Part shown: positions 26,496-35,860 of the stretch, piece after piece
How the letters are laid out: each line of letters starts with the position of its first letter
Numbering within the stretch: the stretch's first letter is position 1
Assembly (NCBI GenBank): GCA_964016885.1
Contig: OZ024741.1
Span: 66,340,001 to 66,404,000, forward strand
Direction of reading: 5' to 3'
DNA length: 64,000 bases
DNA from: Eledone cirrhosa
Lineage: Eukaryota
The notes under the pieces: model-generated
Seen by the model: only the letters and a program-made list of their open reading frames with translations
The model's database searches: none
What the model was told of the DNA's origin: nothing
Translations under genes and position numbers: made by a program

Positions 26496-26639
26496 GGGCG
26501 GTGAATTGGCAGTATCAGTAGAGGGTTGGACGCCATGCTTTCTAGCATAGTTACGTTCCCATCCTTACGAGGTCGATAAAATAAAGTACCAGTAATGCAC
26601 TTGGTTATTGCTGGCCTTGTGCCAAAAGTAGAAACAATC
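26496..26639 (+). mobile_element. SINE family 1 (internally deleted) inside a 13-bp TSD
   Basis: atttgctttatat at 26425-26437 and 26640-26652. An empty paralogous site is present near 25800-25845. Confidence 0.85.
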
Positions 26640-26747
26640 ATTTGCTTTATATATGTGTACAAAATACTGTTTCTCAAATAACGATATATGATTCTCTCTC
26701 GCGTCACCAATCAATAAACGTAATGAAGGCTTAACATATCGTCCTTG

Positions 26748-26803
<56 letters not shown>

Positions 26804-26809
<6 letters not shown>

Positions 26810-26889
26810 AGAATTAGAAATAGAAGCCAGGACTATCCGTCATCTGTGGTCTACTAGTCTGGCTTCTATTATTTCTAATTCTTCTTTTT
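26804..26889. repeat. Fold-back element in (TA)n
   Basis: aaaagaagaattagaaatagaagccag / ctggcttctattatttctaattcttctttt. Confidence 0.75.
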
Positions 26890-26934
26890 ATATATATATA
26901 TCCTATATGCAACAACACAGCTCGCCATTTTTCA

Positions 26935-26992
<58 letters not shown>

Positions 26993-27452
26993 GAAAATAG
27001 AGAAATTAATGTAAGCAAAAAGCCTACAATCATTAGACATATAAGTGACTATAACATCAAGATGAAACATTTTTAACGAAAGATATGGGATAAGTAATAA
27101 AATCTTAATTCAATAAAATCAAGAAAAAATACTTAACCTTCAATTTGGGAAAACTACAAATGTACTATATAGTCTTAAAAGACTATTTCACGAAACTTTT
27201 CAGTGGGGTTAGTCACGTTTGTAATCGATCTTCAGTAGTGCTCAAACACGTTAACTAAATCATACTGCTAAAATGCCGGAGGGGAATTGAAAGCAGGCAA
27301 GCGAACATCGTGTAGAATTGAAATAACAAAACACACATGGACACATGCTTTTGATGCCGGGATGAGACGAAAATCTGTTTACAAGAAACACCAGTCAAAA
27401 CATTCCGAAAAAACTCAACAAAGATATGGAGTTCAGAGAACACTGGAAGGTA

Positions 27453-27521
<69 letters not shown>

Positions 27522-28093
27522 CGTGCGTGCGTGTGCGTGCGCGCGTGTGTGTGTGAGTGTGTGTGGTAGTGTGTGTATGTGTGTGTGTGTGTGTGTATGT
27601 GTGTGTGTGCGTGTATGTGTGTGTGGGAGTGTGTGTGTCCGTAATTATTTAAAATTGACACGCTGTAACATATACATACAAAGCATTTCCAACCCCAATC
27701 ATGTTGCTACAATAACAAGTTCATTTTCCAGTCACAAGGTCTTTAGTTCTTTACAGTGTCCATGTCAATAACTATTTCATCCAAGTTACCTATCCTTTAC
27801 ATTACGTATGTCATTTGTACATATCCTATAAATAAGTTATTAACATATCAATTTCATCATTAACCACTGTTTGTCAATAATCAACATAAACTAAGTAGGT
27901 TCTCTCATGCAAACCATTTATCACAAGGCACATTTCCCAGTTTGTATGATTGTTCATATATTCAGTAATCCTGGTATATATGGCATACCACTCATGGACT
28001 CCGAAAATTAAATAAGGTCAACGTTATTACCGTCATTATTGACGGGAGGGGTCCACTTCTATGTAATATTTTCTACTTTGGTATTCAGCACCG

Positions 28094-28168
<75 letters not shown>

Positions 28169-28423
28169 AATGATTTCATTTATTGGCCACAAGGGCCGAC
28201 ATATAGGGGACAACACAATAGACAGGGACAGTGGGGGTTTACATAGAGATCGAGTAAGTATAAATAACAAAAAACAAAATAACAATAAAAATACAACAAT
28301 GAAAGTTCCCCAATAAGAGGGATCACCACCCAGGGTTGACTCAAGCACCCCACCAGTCCTGAGCCACCCGACGCTCCTAGGGCACCCGGGAAGGGCACCC
28401 CTCTCCTTCTCGAATTCACCAGC

Positions 28424-31400
28424 CTACAGGCGCATGATCAGAGTAGGCCCACTCACGCGGGCCATTCTCGCCACATTCACCCACCTTTCAGTAAATGTAC
28501 TGGGGGGCAGCACTTCTCTCTCCACCCTCACCTTCCTTTCCAAGTGAAACTTGAAGAAGTTGATGAGGGATTGGCCGAAGAGAAAAGTGTCTGTCTTCAG
28601 TCCTTTCAACCTGGTCCACCATGCAACCTCTTTCGCTACTGCCACCAGGCAGAGGAAAATTGCCTGCCCTTCCTGACCAAAAGAAGGCGGCGGGTCAATC
28701 TTCACTATGGACTCGGACGATAGCCGGATCCGTTCTACACGCGACAATAGCTGTTCGACATAACCCCACAAGTCAGCAATGCACGGACACTGGACGAGTG
28801 CGTGCAGAACGGTTTCGTCGCTCTGCGCGCATCTCGGGCAGGTTCGTCTGACAGCACTTCCGTGCCTGTAGAGTTTATCCCGAACCGGCAGCGCCCCCCG
28901 GTAGCACTGCCAAGCGAGGGATTTCTGGAAGTTATCCATCGTCCCCGGCTCGAAAGTCCTCCGGAACATACTGGTCAGTTCTACTTCGTTGACGCCCAGA
29001 GCCTCTCCTAGTACGTCATCGCACTTGCCCTCCACTAATCCTCTATAGAAATCTTGAGTGGAAGTTCCACTGACCGCATTGCCCACCTTGCAGAGTGCAG
29101 TGAGCGCCTGGCAACATTCCAGATGCCAGTCGCCCAGTCTCGGTCTCTTCTTGACCCAGGACTGCAGCTCAGTCAAAGAGATGAGCTGCGGAAAGGCCCG
29201 TCTAACAAACGGCGACCACACCTGTTCACCGTTTAGGCAAAATATCTGGAGATGTCGCAGCCTCAGCGCATGTCTGCGCATCATTAGCCACGGCATGCCC
29301 AGCCCTCCACGAAGAGGGTGCTGGCAGCAGATGGACCGCCTCACCAACGGGACCCGTCCCCTCCACAAAAATTTGAAAAGGAGCCGTTCCAAATTGGCGA
29401 GGCGTGGACGGGGGCAAGGCACGACGGTCAGGCGGTAGTAGATGACGGACGCGATGTACGCGTTCGCCACCTCCGCCCGCCCTTTCAGTGATAGCTTTCT
29501 CTCAGCCCATTTCTGAGTGAGGTTGGCTATCCTGCTCGTCACCTCGTCCCAATTCTTATCCACCTGGAGGTCTGGTCCGAACCAAACCCCGAGCAACTTT
29601 ACCGGTCCGTCTGTCCAGCGCCCAACGACGCTGTTGGACGGCATGGACTTGCCTCTCCAGGTGCCGAGCTGCAAGCCCACCGACTTTTCCGGGTTAAGTT
29701 TTGCTCCCGTCAACCTTTCATATTCCTCCAAATGGGTGCGGATCACCTCGATTTCCGAGGTGTCCGACACCATCACGGTGATGTCGTCCGCATAAGCGGA
29801 CGCAGCCTTTCTACGTCCCGGTTCGAGCGGGATGCCCTGCAACAACTCCAGCTTCCGCAGTAGAGGCTCAAGAGTCAATACGTACAGAAGTGAGGATAGA
29901 GGGCACCCTTGACGGACCGATCGAGAGATCTGAAACGGTTCCGAGAGGTGGCCATTAACTTTGACCACCGAGCAGATGCCGCTGTACATTGCAGCGATCC
30001 AGCTTCTGAAGACGGGGCCGAAGCCAGCCGCCTCGAGGACAGCCTCCAAGTACCGATGGTCGACCCTATCGAATGCTTTCGATTGATCTAAATTGATCAG
30101 AGCCCCACCGAAGCCAGGTTTGCACCCAACCCTCTCTATGATGTATCGCATGAGGTGGAGGTTGTCGTGTATGGACCTGGTCGGGATTGCGCAAGTTTGC
30201 GCCTCCCCAACCAAATCTTTGACGACAAGCGCCAACCTTTTCGCTAACACCTTGGCCAAAATCTTAAACTCTGTGTTGAGCAGGGTTATGGGCCTGAAAT
30301 TATCTAGTGTGTCCCTCTTGTTCTCGTCTTTCCTTATCAGCGTCACTACGCCACGGCTCACAGAACTGGGAATGCTCCCGTTCTGCTGCCAGTTGCAGTA
30401 GAGCGCTTCGAGGAGATCGGAGAACAAGTCTGGCATATTTACGTAAAGCTCGTAGGGCAGACCATCCAAACCGAGTGACTTGCGACTCGAGCAGCCGACA
30501 AGGGCGTCCTGAATTTCGACTGATGTTATCGGCTCTTCGCAGCGCTCAGCGTCGGCCGTCGAGAGGCGTGGCAAGCCGTCGAGGTAGGGATTGAAGTCCG
30601 CCGCCGTCTCCGACTCACCCATCCTCCCGAACAATCGAGCAAAGTGCTGGCGAAAGGCCTCACACATCTGCTTGGAATCGCTCAGTTCGTGTCCATCTCG
30701 ATCCGTCAAAGACCGAATTGTGGTTTTATTTCCACGCTGCGTCTCTGCAAAGCGAGCCCATCGGGCAGCTTTGGTTCCCTCGTTCCTCAGAGCACGCGCC
30801 TTAGCTCTGACAATGCAACCTTCGTGTTTCGCATTGAAGAAATGGTCTAGTGCCATTCTCGCCGCTAGCACGTCTGTTGCAATGCCACTACAAATAGCCT
30901 CGTCTAACTTAGCTATCAGCCCCTCCTCCTTTCTATTTTTCTCTATTGCTACTTCTTTGCTAAATCCTATCGAGGTTGCTCTAATCTCTCTTTTGAGTGC
31001 CCCCCACCACCTGTTGTTGACAACCCCCCCTGTCAACTTTTGCTTAACTAAGTTGTTGACCCGGTCCCTGTAAGCTTTACGTGCCGGAAACGACATGTTT
31101 AGCTTCCAGTAGCTAGGTCCTAACCTACGTGTCTTATCTAGGTCGACCATACAGATCACAAGCTTGTGATCTGAATAGGCAACCGTTTTAAAATGTGGAC
31201 ATCCTACACTATTTCTATCTCTTTTCCTAATGAAAATCCTATCTATGTACGATCTAGATGACCCTATGCGATTGGTCCAGGTCCATACTGGCGCATTAGG
31301 GAAATCTAGTCGGTACCTGTCAGACAGTTGAAACTGGCTGATCAGGTACTTGAGGCTTTTGCACCCCCCGCTCCTATCAGATACTCCCACACAATCCCAG

Positions 31401-31843
31401 CGTACTTCTAAGATGCCATTCCAATCCCCTATTAACAGTAAAGGGCGAGACGTAAGCAGAAAGTTTTCCAGGCGCCTAAAGAAGTCCGGCCGACCGGCCC
31501 CAGTAGGGGCGTAGACGGCCACCAGTCTAAAGGCACCACCTTCGCTATTGCTCACGTCCAGGACCACCAACTTTCCGTCAGGATCCCGGAAGATTGACCT
31601 TACCTCGAGATCCAGACATTTCCTAAACAGCACAGCCACTCCACCTCCCATTCCCGGCCGACTAACAGATGCAAAGATCTGATAATCGTCGAAAATCGGC
31701 GCCAGTGCGCGTGTGTCGGAAATTCTGGTCTCGCTGATGGCAATTACATCCATTCCTAGTGACCTGAGGTCGTTGAGCAAGTGACCTTGCTTCCAGGGCG
31801 ACCCCAGGCCACGAACATTTAAACTTCCTACTCTTATGGCCAT
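28424..31843 (-). CDS. Tx1-like ORF2p: APE endonuclease, reverse transcriptase, C-terminal Cys/His finger (1139 aa, intact)
   Basis: SLNVRGL, SET, VYAP, GDWN, YIDRIF, YSDH; NFRPITLLN, DQSKAFDRV, VRQGCPLS, AYADD; GGLG; CPRC..ETVLHALVQC. Confidence 0.95.
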   Translation of the reverse strand: MAIRVGSLNVRGLGSPWKQGHLLNDLRSLGMDVIAISETRISDTRALAPIFDDYQIFASVSRPGMGGGVAVLFRKCLDLEVRSIFRDPDGKLVVLDVSNSEGGAFRLVAVYAPTGAGRPDFFRRLENFLLTSRPLLLIGDWNGILEVRWDCVGVSDRSGGCKSLKYLISQFQLSDRYRLDFPNAPVWTWTNRIGSSRSYIDRIFIRKRDRNSVGCPHFKTVAYSDHKLVICMVDLDKTRRLGPSYWKLNMSFPARKAYRDRVNNLVKQKLTGGVVNNRWWGALKREIRATSIGFSKEVAIEKNRKEEGLIAKLDEAICSGIATDVLAARMALDHFFNAKHEGCIVRAKARALRNEGTKAARWARFAETQRGNKTTIRSLTDRDGHELSDSKQMCEAFRQHFARLFGRMGESETAADFNPYLDGLPRLSTADAERCEEPITSVEIQDALVGCSSRKSLGLDGLPYELYVNMPDLFSDLLEALYCNWQQNGSIPSSVSRGVVTLIRKDENKRDTLDNFRPITLLNTEFKILAKVLAKRLALVVKDLVGEAQTCAIPTRSIHDNLHLMRYIIERVGCKPGFGGALINLDQSKAFDRVDHRYLEAVLEAAGFGPVFRSWIAAMYSGICSVVKVNGHLSEPFQISRSVRQGCPLSSLLYVLTLEPLLRKLELLQGIPLEPGRRKAASAYADDITVMVSDTSEIEVIRTHLEEYERLTGAKLNPEKSVGLQLGTWRGKSMPSNSVVGRWTDGPVKLLGVWFGPDLQVDKNWDEVTSRIANLTQKWAERKLSLKGRAEVANAYIASVIYYRLTVVPCPRPRLANLERLLFKFLWRGRVPLVRRSICCQHPLRGGLGMPWLMMRRHALRLRHLQIFCLNGEQVWSPFVRRAFPQLISLTELQSWVKKRPRLGDWHLECCQALTALCKVGNAVSGTSTQDFYRGLVEGKCDDVLGEALGVNEVELTSMFRRTFEPGTMDNFQKSLAWQCYRGALPVRDKLYRHGSAVRRTCPRCAQSDETVLHALVQCPCIADLWGYVEQLLSRVERIRLSSESIVKIDPPPSFGQEGQAIFLCLVAVAKEVAWWTRLKGLKTDTFLFGQSLINFFKFHLERKVRVEREVLPPSTFTERWVNVARMARVSGPTLIMRL

Positions 31844-31872
31844 GCTGGCAGGATGAATGGGAGAGGAAAGGT

Positions 31873-33782
31873 TTACTTACCTTCCGGGGTCTTGTGAAGG
31901 TCGGGTGGTTCGACCTCCATGGTTTGTGGGGTTTCTTTTGGGAACCCCTTTAATAGTCTTGACGTGGGTTTTACGTTCGGGGTTCCCACATCCCGAGGAA
32001 AGCTCTTTCGAATTTCTTTGTATGAAGCGAGCGACATTCGCATCAGAAGCAAATTATCTGGTACGCGAAATGTGCTCGCTTCAAATGTTTCCCCGTCTTT
32101 TTCGATGTTTGTGCTTCGTGCTACATGGGCCATCAATTCCTTGTTGGCCCTTCTGGCAAGCACGAAGTTTTTAATGTTTTGTTGCTCGGGTTTTATTTGT
32201 TCGTGTGATTGTGGTGGTGATAGCTTTGTTAGTGTTGTTTCTATTGTGTCTGCGTTTGTTGTGGGTGGGGTGTCTGTAGTTTCTGATGTTTGTGTGTCTA
32301 TTTGTTCTTGTGTCTGTTTAGCTTGTTTGCGTTTGGGGGATTTTGGTGGTTGTGTTGGTGATGCTGTGGGGAAAATGTTTGTGTGGGTGGTGTGTGTATT
32401 TTTTTTTGTGGGGGTGTTTGTGCTTTGTGGATTTCTTTTTTTTTGTGTTTTGTTTTTTGTATTTTGGGGGACTTTGGTTTTCCCTCATCTTCACTGCTGG
32501 AGGATGAGGGGTCTGTGGCTGTGAGCGTGTTTGTGTCTGAGTGAGTGTTTATGTTCTTGTTCGTGTGTGTATTTTGGGGGGGAGGGGGAATGGGAGAGCT
32601 TTCCTCGTTTCCCCCCTGGGTGTGCAATTTTGGTGGTTCCATTGTTGACGGTGTTGCTGGTGGTCCTTGTCCCGGCGTCGCCAGCAGTGGAATCTTTCGA
32701 CCCCTTGCGCTTTTCGGCAGTTGAGGGCAGAAGGCTCGCAAGTGTGTCGTTTCCCCACAAAGGAAACAATGCGGCCTTTTGCCCTCAGTCATTATATGCA
32801 ACACCCTCCCGTTTTGGAGGCGGATGTGGTCCGGGATTGCTTTTACGTTTTCGGGTCTGATTTGGAGCAGTATCTCCAGATCAACCCCGGACCAGTCGTC
32901 CCTGGCAGTTCTCGTTGCCTCTACCGGGACTGTATCCGTTCCTTCCACGATTACGCAACCCAGGAGCCACCACATATCAAGTCCTGGTGGAATCCTGGGA
33001 ATGCGCACACGTGCTATTCGTTTTCCCATGTGGGAGGGGTACATTATAACCTTGCTGGTTTTGCAAGGGGTCATTGAATGCTTCACAGCGAGGGCTTCAG
33101 ACTTGAACAGCACCGAAACGGTGCCGTATTGCCTGCCCCTCTCTATGAAGTCTGTGTCCTCTCTGATGTATTTCAGTGCGGCTTCTATATCAGCTTGGGC
33201 GATTATCGCTGCCCTCTTTGTCTCTACTGAGATGCATCTGAAATGCACCGTTCTTTTTTCCACTGCCTCAATGGCTTCTGCCGGGACAGTTAAGTTTGCC
33301 CAGGTCTGCTCTTGATTTATGATTTTCCAGGCCTGGGCCAACTTTTCCTCTCTGTTGGTTAAGTCGATGCTGTAGCATGGTCTCCTTTTAGCCGCTGCCA
33401 CAGCAGCGAAGGTGTTCTTGTTGGTGTTGTCACTGTTGTTGTTCTTGTTGGTGTTGCTGCTGCTATTGCTGTTGTTGTTCTCCCCTGTGTCGTGGTTACC
33501 CTCTGTGCTGTTGGCCTTGTTGGTGCTGTTGCTGTCGCTACTATTACTCTCTGTGCTGTTCGTTTTGTTGGTGCTCTCGCTATTACCACCTTCTGCGCTG
33601 TTCGGCTTGTTGGTGTTGGTGTTGTCGCTGTTACCACCTTCCGCGCCGCTCGGCCCGTTGGTGCTGGCACTGTCGCTGCTCACATTCGTGCTGGTGGCGC
33701 TCCTCGCCTCACCTCTCCTCTCAACGCTCAAGTCGCCGTTGCACGACAGCAGACCCGCCTCTAGGGGGCGTGGCTCCGCCAT
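31873..33782 (-). CDS. Tx1-like ORF1p, split by one -1 frameshift at a poly-A run near 32436-32444
   Basis: Asn/Ser-rich N-terminus and CCHC knuckle CFLCGETTHLRAFC. The -1 frame ORF 31873-32163 is homologous to the in-frame C-terminus of the copy D ORF1 (F..DVG.P.V.P..R.L and ME..pPD). Confidence 0.85.
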
Positions 33783-34021
33783 GTTTTTTTGAGAAAAAAA
33801 TTATTATTTTTTTTTTTTTCAAAATAAAGTTCAAATATTTGGGCCAAAAGGCCCAAATATTATGAGTTATTCCTTCACAGGATACAAATTAATGTCTTAT
33901 AATGCTTCAGCGGTACAAAAAATAAACAATTCTCTACAATTAATCCTCAAAAAATTGCTTACTCACGGAGCTTCAAAAAACGTACATCCACTTTCGTCAA
34001 TAATAATAATAATAATAATGA

Positions 34022-34212
34022 TAATTGTTTCTACTTTTGGCACAAGGCCAACAATTAATCAGTGTATTACTGGTACTTTATTTTATCGACCCCATAAGGA
34101 TGAAAGGCAAAGTTAACCTCGGCAGGATTTGAACTCAGAATGGCAAGGGCCGTAACTCTATGCGTCAAAGCATGTCGTCCAACCCCCTACCGATACTGCC
34201 ACTCCACCGCCC
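34022..34212 (-). mobile_element. SINE family 1 between Tx1 copies A and B
   Basis: Full head, body and 3' stem-loop. Its (ATT)n tail abuts the 5' end of copy A. Confidence 0.9.
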
Positions 34213-34217
34213 TGTGG

Positions 34218-34249
<32 letters not shown>

Positions 34250-34250
<1 letters not shown>

Positions 34251-35645
34251 CTTTCTTTATTAACCACAAGGGTTTACGCAAAGTAAAACATTCAGGACAA
34301 TACAGGACAATACAGGACGGTACAAATGGGCATTTCTGCGTGTTATAAAAACAACAACAGAGGATGTAACAACAAAAGAAACAATGAAAAATTCCCTAAT
34401 AGGGGGGGGGGGGGGACTTCCGAGTGACATTCGTGGAGAAAGCCCATTAAAAAAGCCACGGTGACCCTGACCACCAAGGCAAGTGCTCTCTCCCAGTTTT
34501 CCACCTTTAATTTACAGGCGCATGCTCAGAGTAGGCCCATTCACGCGGACCATTCTTGCCTCCCTCACCCATCTTTCAACAAAATGCTGGGAAGAGAGCA
34601 CTTCCCTCTGTACCCTGATTTTCCTTTTCAAATGAAATTTGAAAAAGTTATTCAGGCCATCACCGAAGAGGTAAGTGCTCGTCTTCAGCCCTTTCAAACG
34701 CGTCTACCATACTATCTCTTTCGCCATGGCTACCAGACAGATACAAACTGCCTGCCCTTCCCGGCTAAAGGAGGAGGGCGGGGCAATCCTCACGATGGAC
34801 TCAGCTGATAGCCGGATCCGTCCTACACGCGACAGTAGGTGTTCGACACAAACCCACAAGTCAGCAATGCTCGGACACTGGACGAGTGCGTGCAGGACGG
34901 TTTCGTCGCCCTGTGCGCATCTCGGACATGCCTGGCTGACGTCACTTCCATGCCTGTAGAGTTTATCCTGAACTGGCAAAGCTCCTCGGTAGCACTACCA
35001 GACCAGGGATTTCTGGAAGTTGTCCATAGGCCCCGGCCCGAAAGTTCTTCCGAAGAGATTGGCTAGTTGATTTTCGTCGACGCCCAGAGTCTCCCCAAGT
35101 ACGTCGCCGCTCTTCCCCTCCACTAATCCTCTATAGAACGCCGAGGTGGAGTTTCTACCGATCGCATTGCCCGACTGGTCGAGGGCTATGAGCGCCTGAA
35201 CACATTACAGTCTCCAAGCGCTCCCTCTCGGTCTTCGCTTGTCAAGGAGACGAGCTGGGGAAACACGCGTCTAGCACACGGCGACCACACCTGATCACCG
35301 TCGAGGAAGAGGTGGAGATGTCGTAGCCTGAGCGCGTGTCTGCGCACCATCAGCCACGGCAAGCCCAGCCCTCCACGTAGCGAGTGTTGTCAGTAGATGG
35401 ACCGCCTGACCATTGGAGCGGGCCCCTTCCACAAAAAGCGAAAGAGCAAACGTTCGAGCGCAGTCAGGCGAGGCTTAGGACAAGGCACGACGGTCAGGCG
35501 GTAGTAGATGACGGACGCGATGTACGCATTCGCCACCTCTGCTCGACCTTTCAGGGATAGCTTCCTCTCTGCCCATTTCGGGGTGAGAGAAGCCACCCTG
35601 CTCGTCACCTCGTCCCAGTTTTTGTCCGTCTGGAGGTCTGGACCG
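34250..35645 (-). mobile_element. 5'-truncated, decayed Tx1-like LINE, copy B (distinct 3' UTR subfamily)
   Basis: ORF2 C-terminal fragments (KWAERKLSLKGRAEVAN, CPRCAQGDETVLH). (AAT)n lies at both junctions. Confidence 0.9.
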
Positions 35646-35655
35646 AATAATAATA

Positions 35656-35838
35656 ATTGTTTCTACTTTTGGCACAAGGCCAGCAATTACCCAGTACATT
35701 ACTGGTACTTTATTTTATCGACCCCATAAGGATGAAAGGCAAAGTTAACGTCGACGGGATTTGAACTCAGACCGTAAAGGGACGTAACTATGCTAGAAAG
35801 CATGGCGTCCAACCCTCTACCGATACTGCCAATTCACC
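35656..35838 (-). mobile_element. SINE family 1 between Tx1 copies B and C
   Basis: Full SINE with (AAT)n on both sides. Confidence 0.9.
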
Positions 35839-35860
35839 TAATAATAATAATAATAATAAT

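Larger units (their letters stand above)
28172..33998 (-). mobile_element. Full-length Tx1-like (L1 clade) LINE, copy A
   Basis: 5' UTR, ORF1, intact ORF2 and a 3' UTR with AATAAA. (AAT)n lies on both sides. Confidence 0.95.

Noticed and set aside
28180-28419. Third ORF in the Tx1 3' UTR (also 35834-36118)
   Set aside because: It has a GTG start, and the two copies differ in frame and stop downstream. The peptide similarity follows from nucleotide identity.
31844-31872. Splice acceptor giving a monocistronic ORF2 mRNA (pyrimidine tract plus CAG before the ATG in copy A)
   Set aside because: Copies C and D have CAAC-ATG at that position, so the AG is not conserved.
32160-32490. Programmed -1 ribosomal frameshift in ORF1 (G GGA AAA heptamer; downstream ORF in the -1 frame in both A and C)
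   Set aside because: Copy C has a TAA in the -1 frame just after the heptamer. Peptide comparison places the shifts at different poly-A runs in A and C, and copy D has one continuous ORF1. Homopolymer indels (mutation or assembly error) explain it better.
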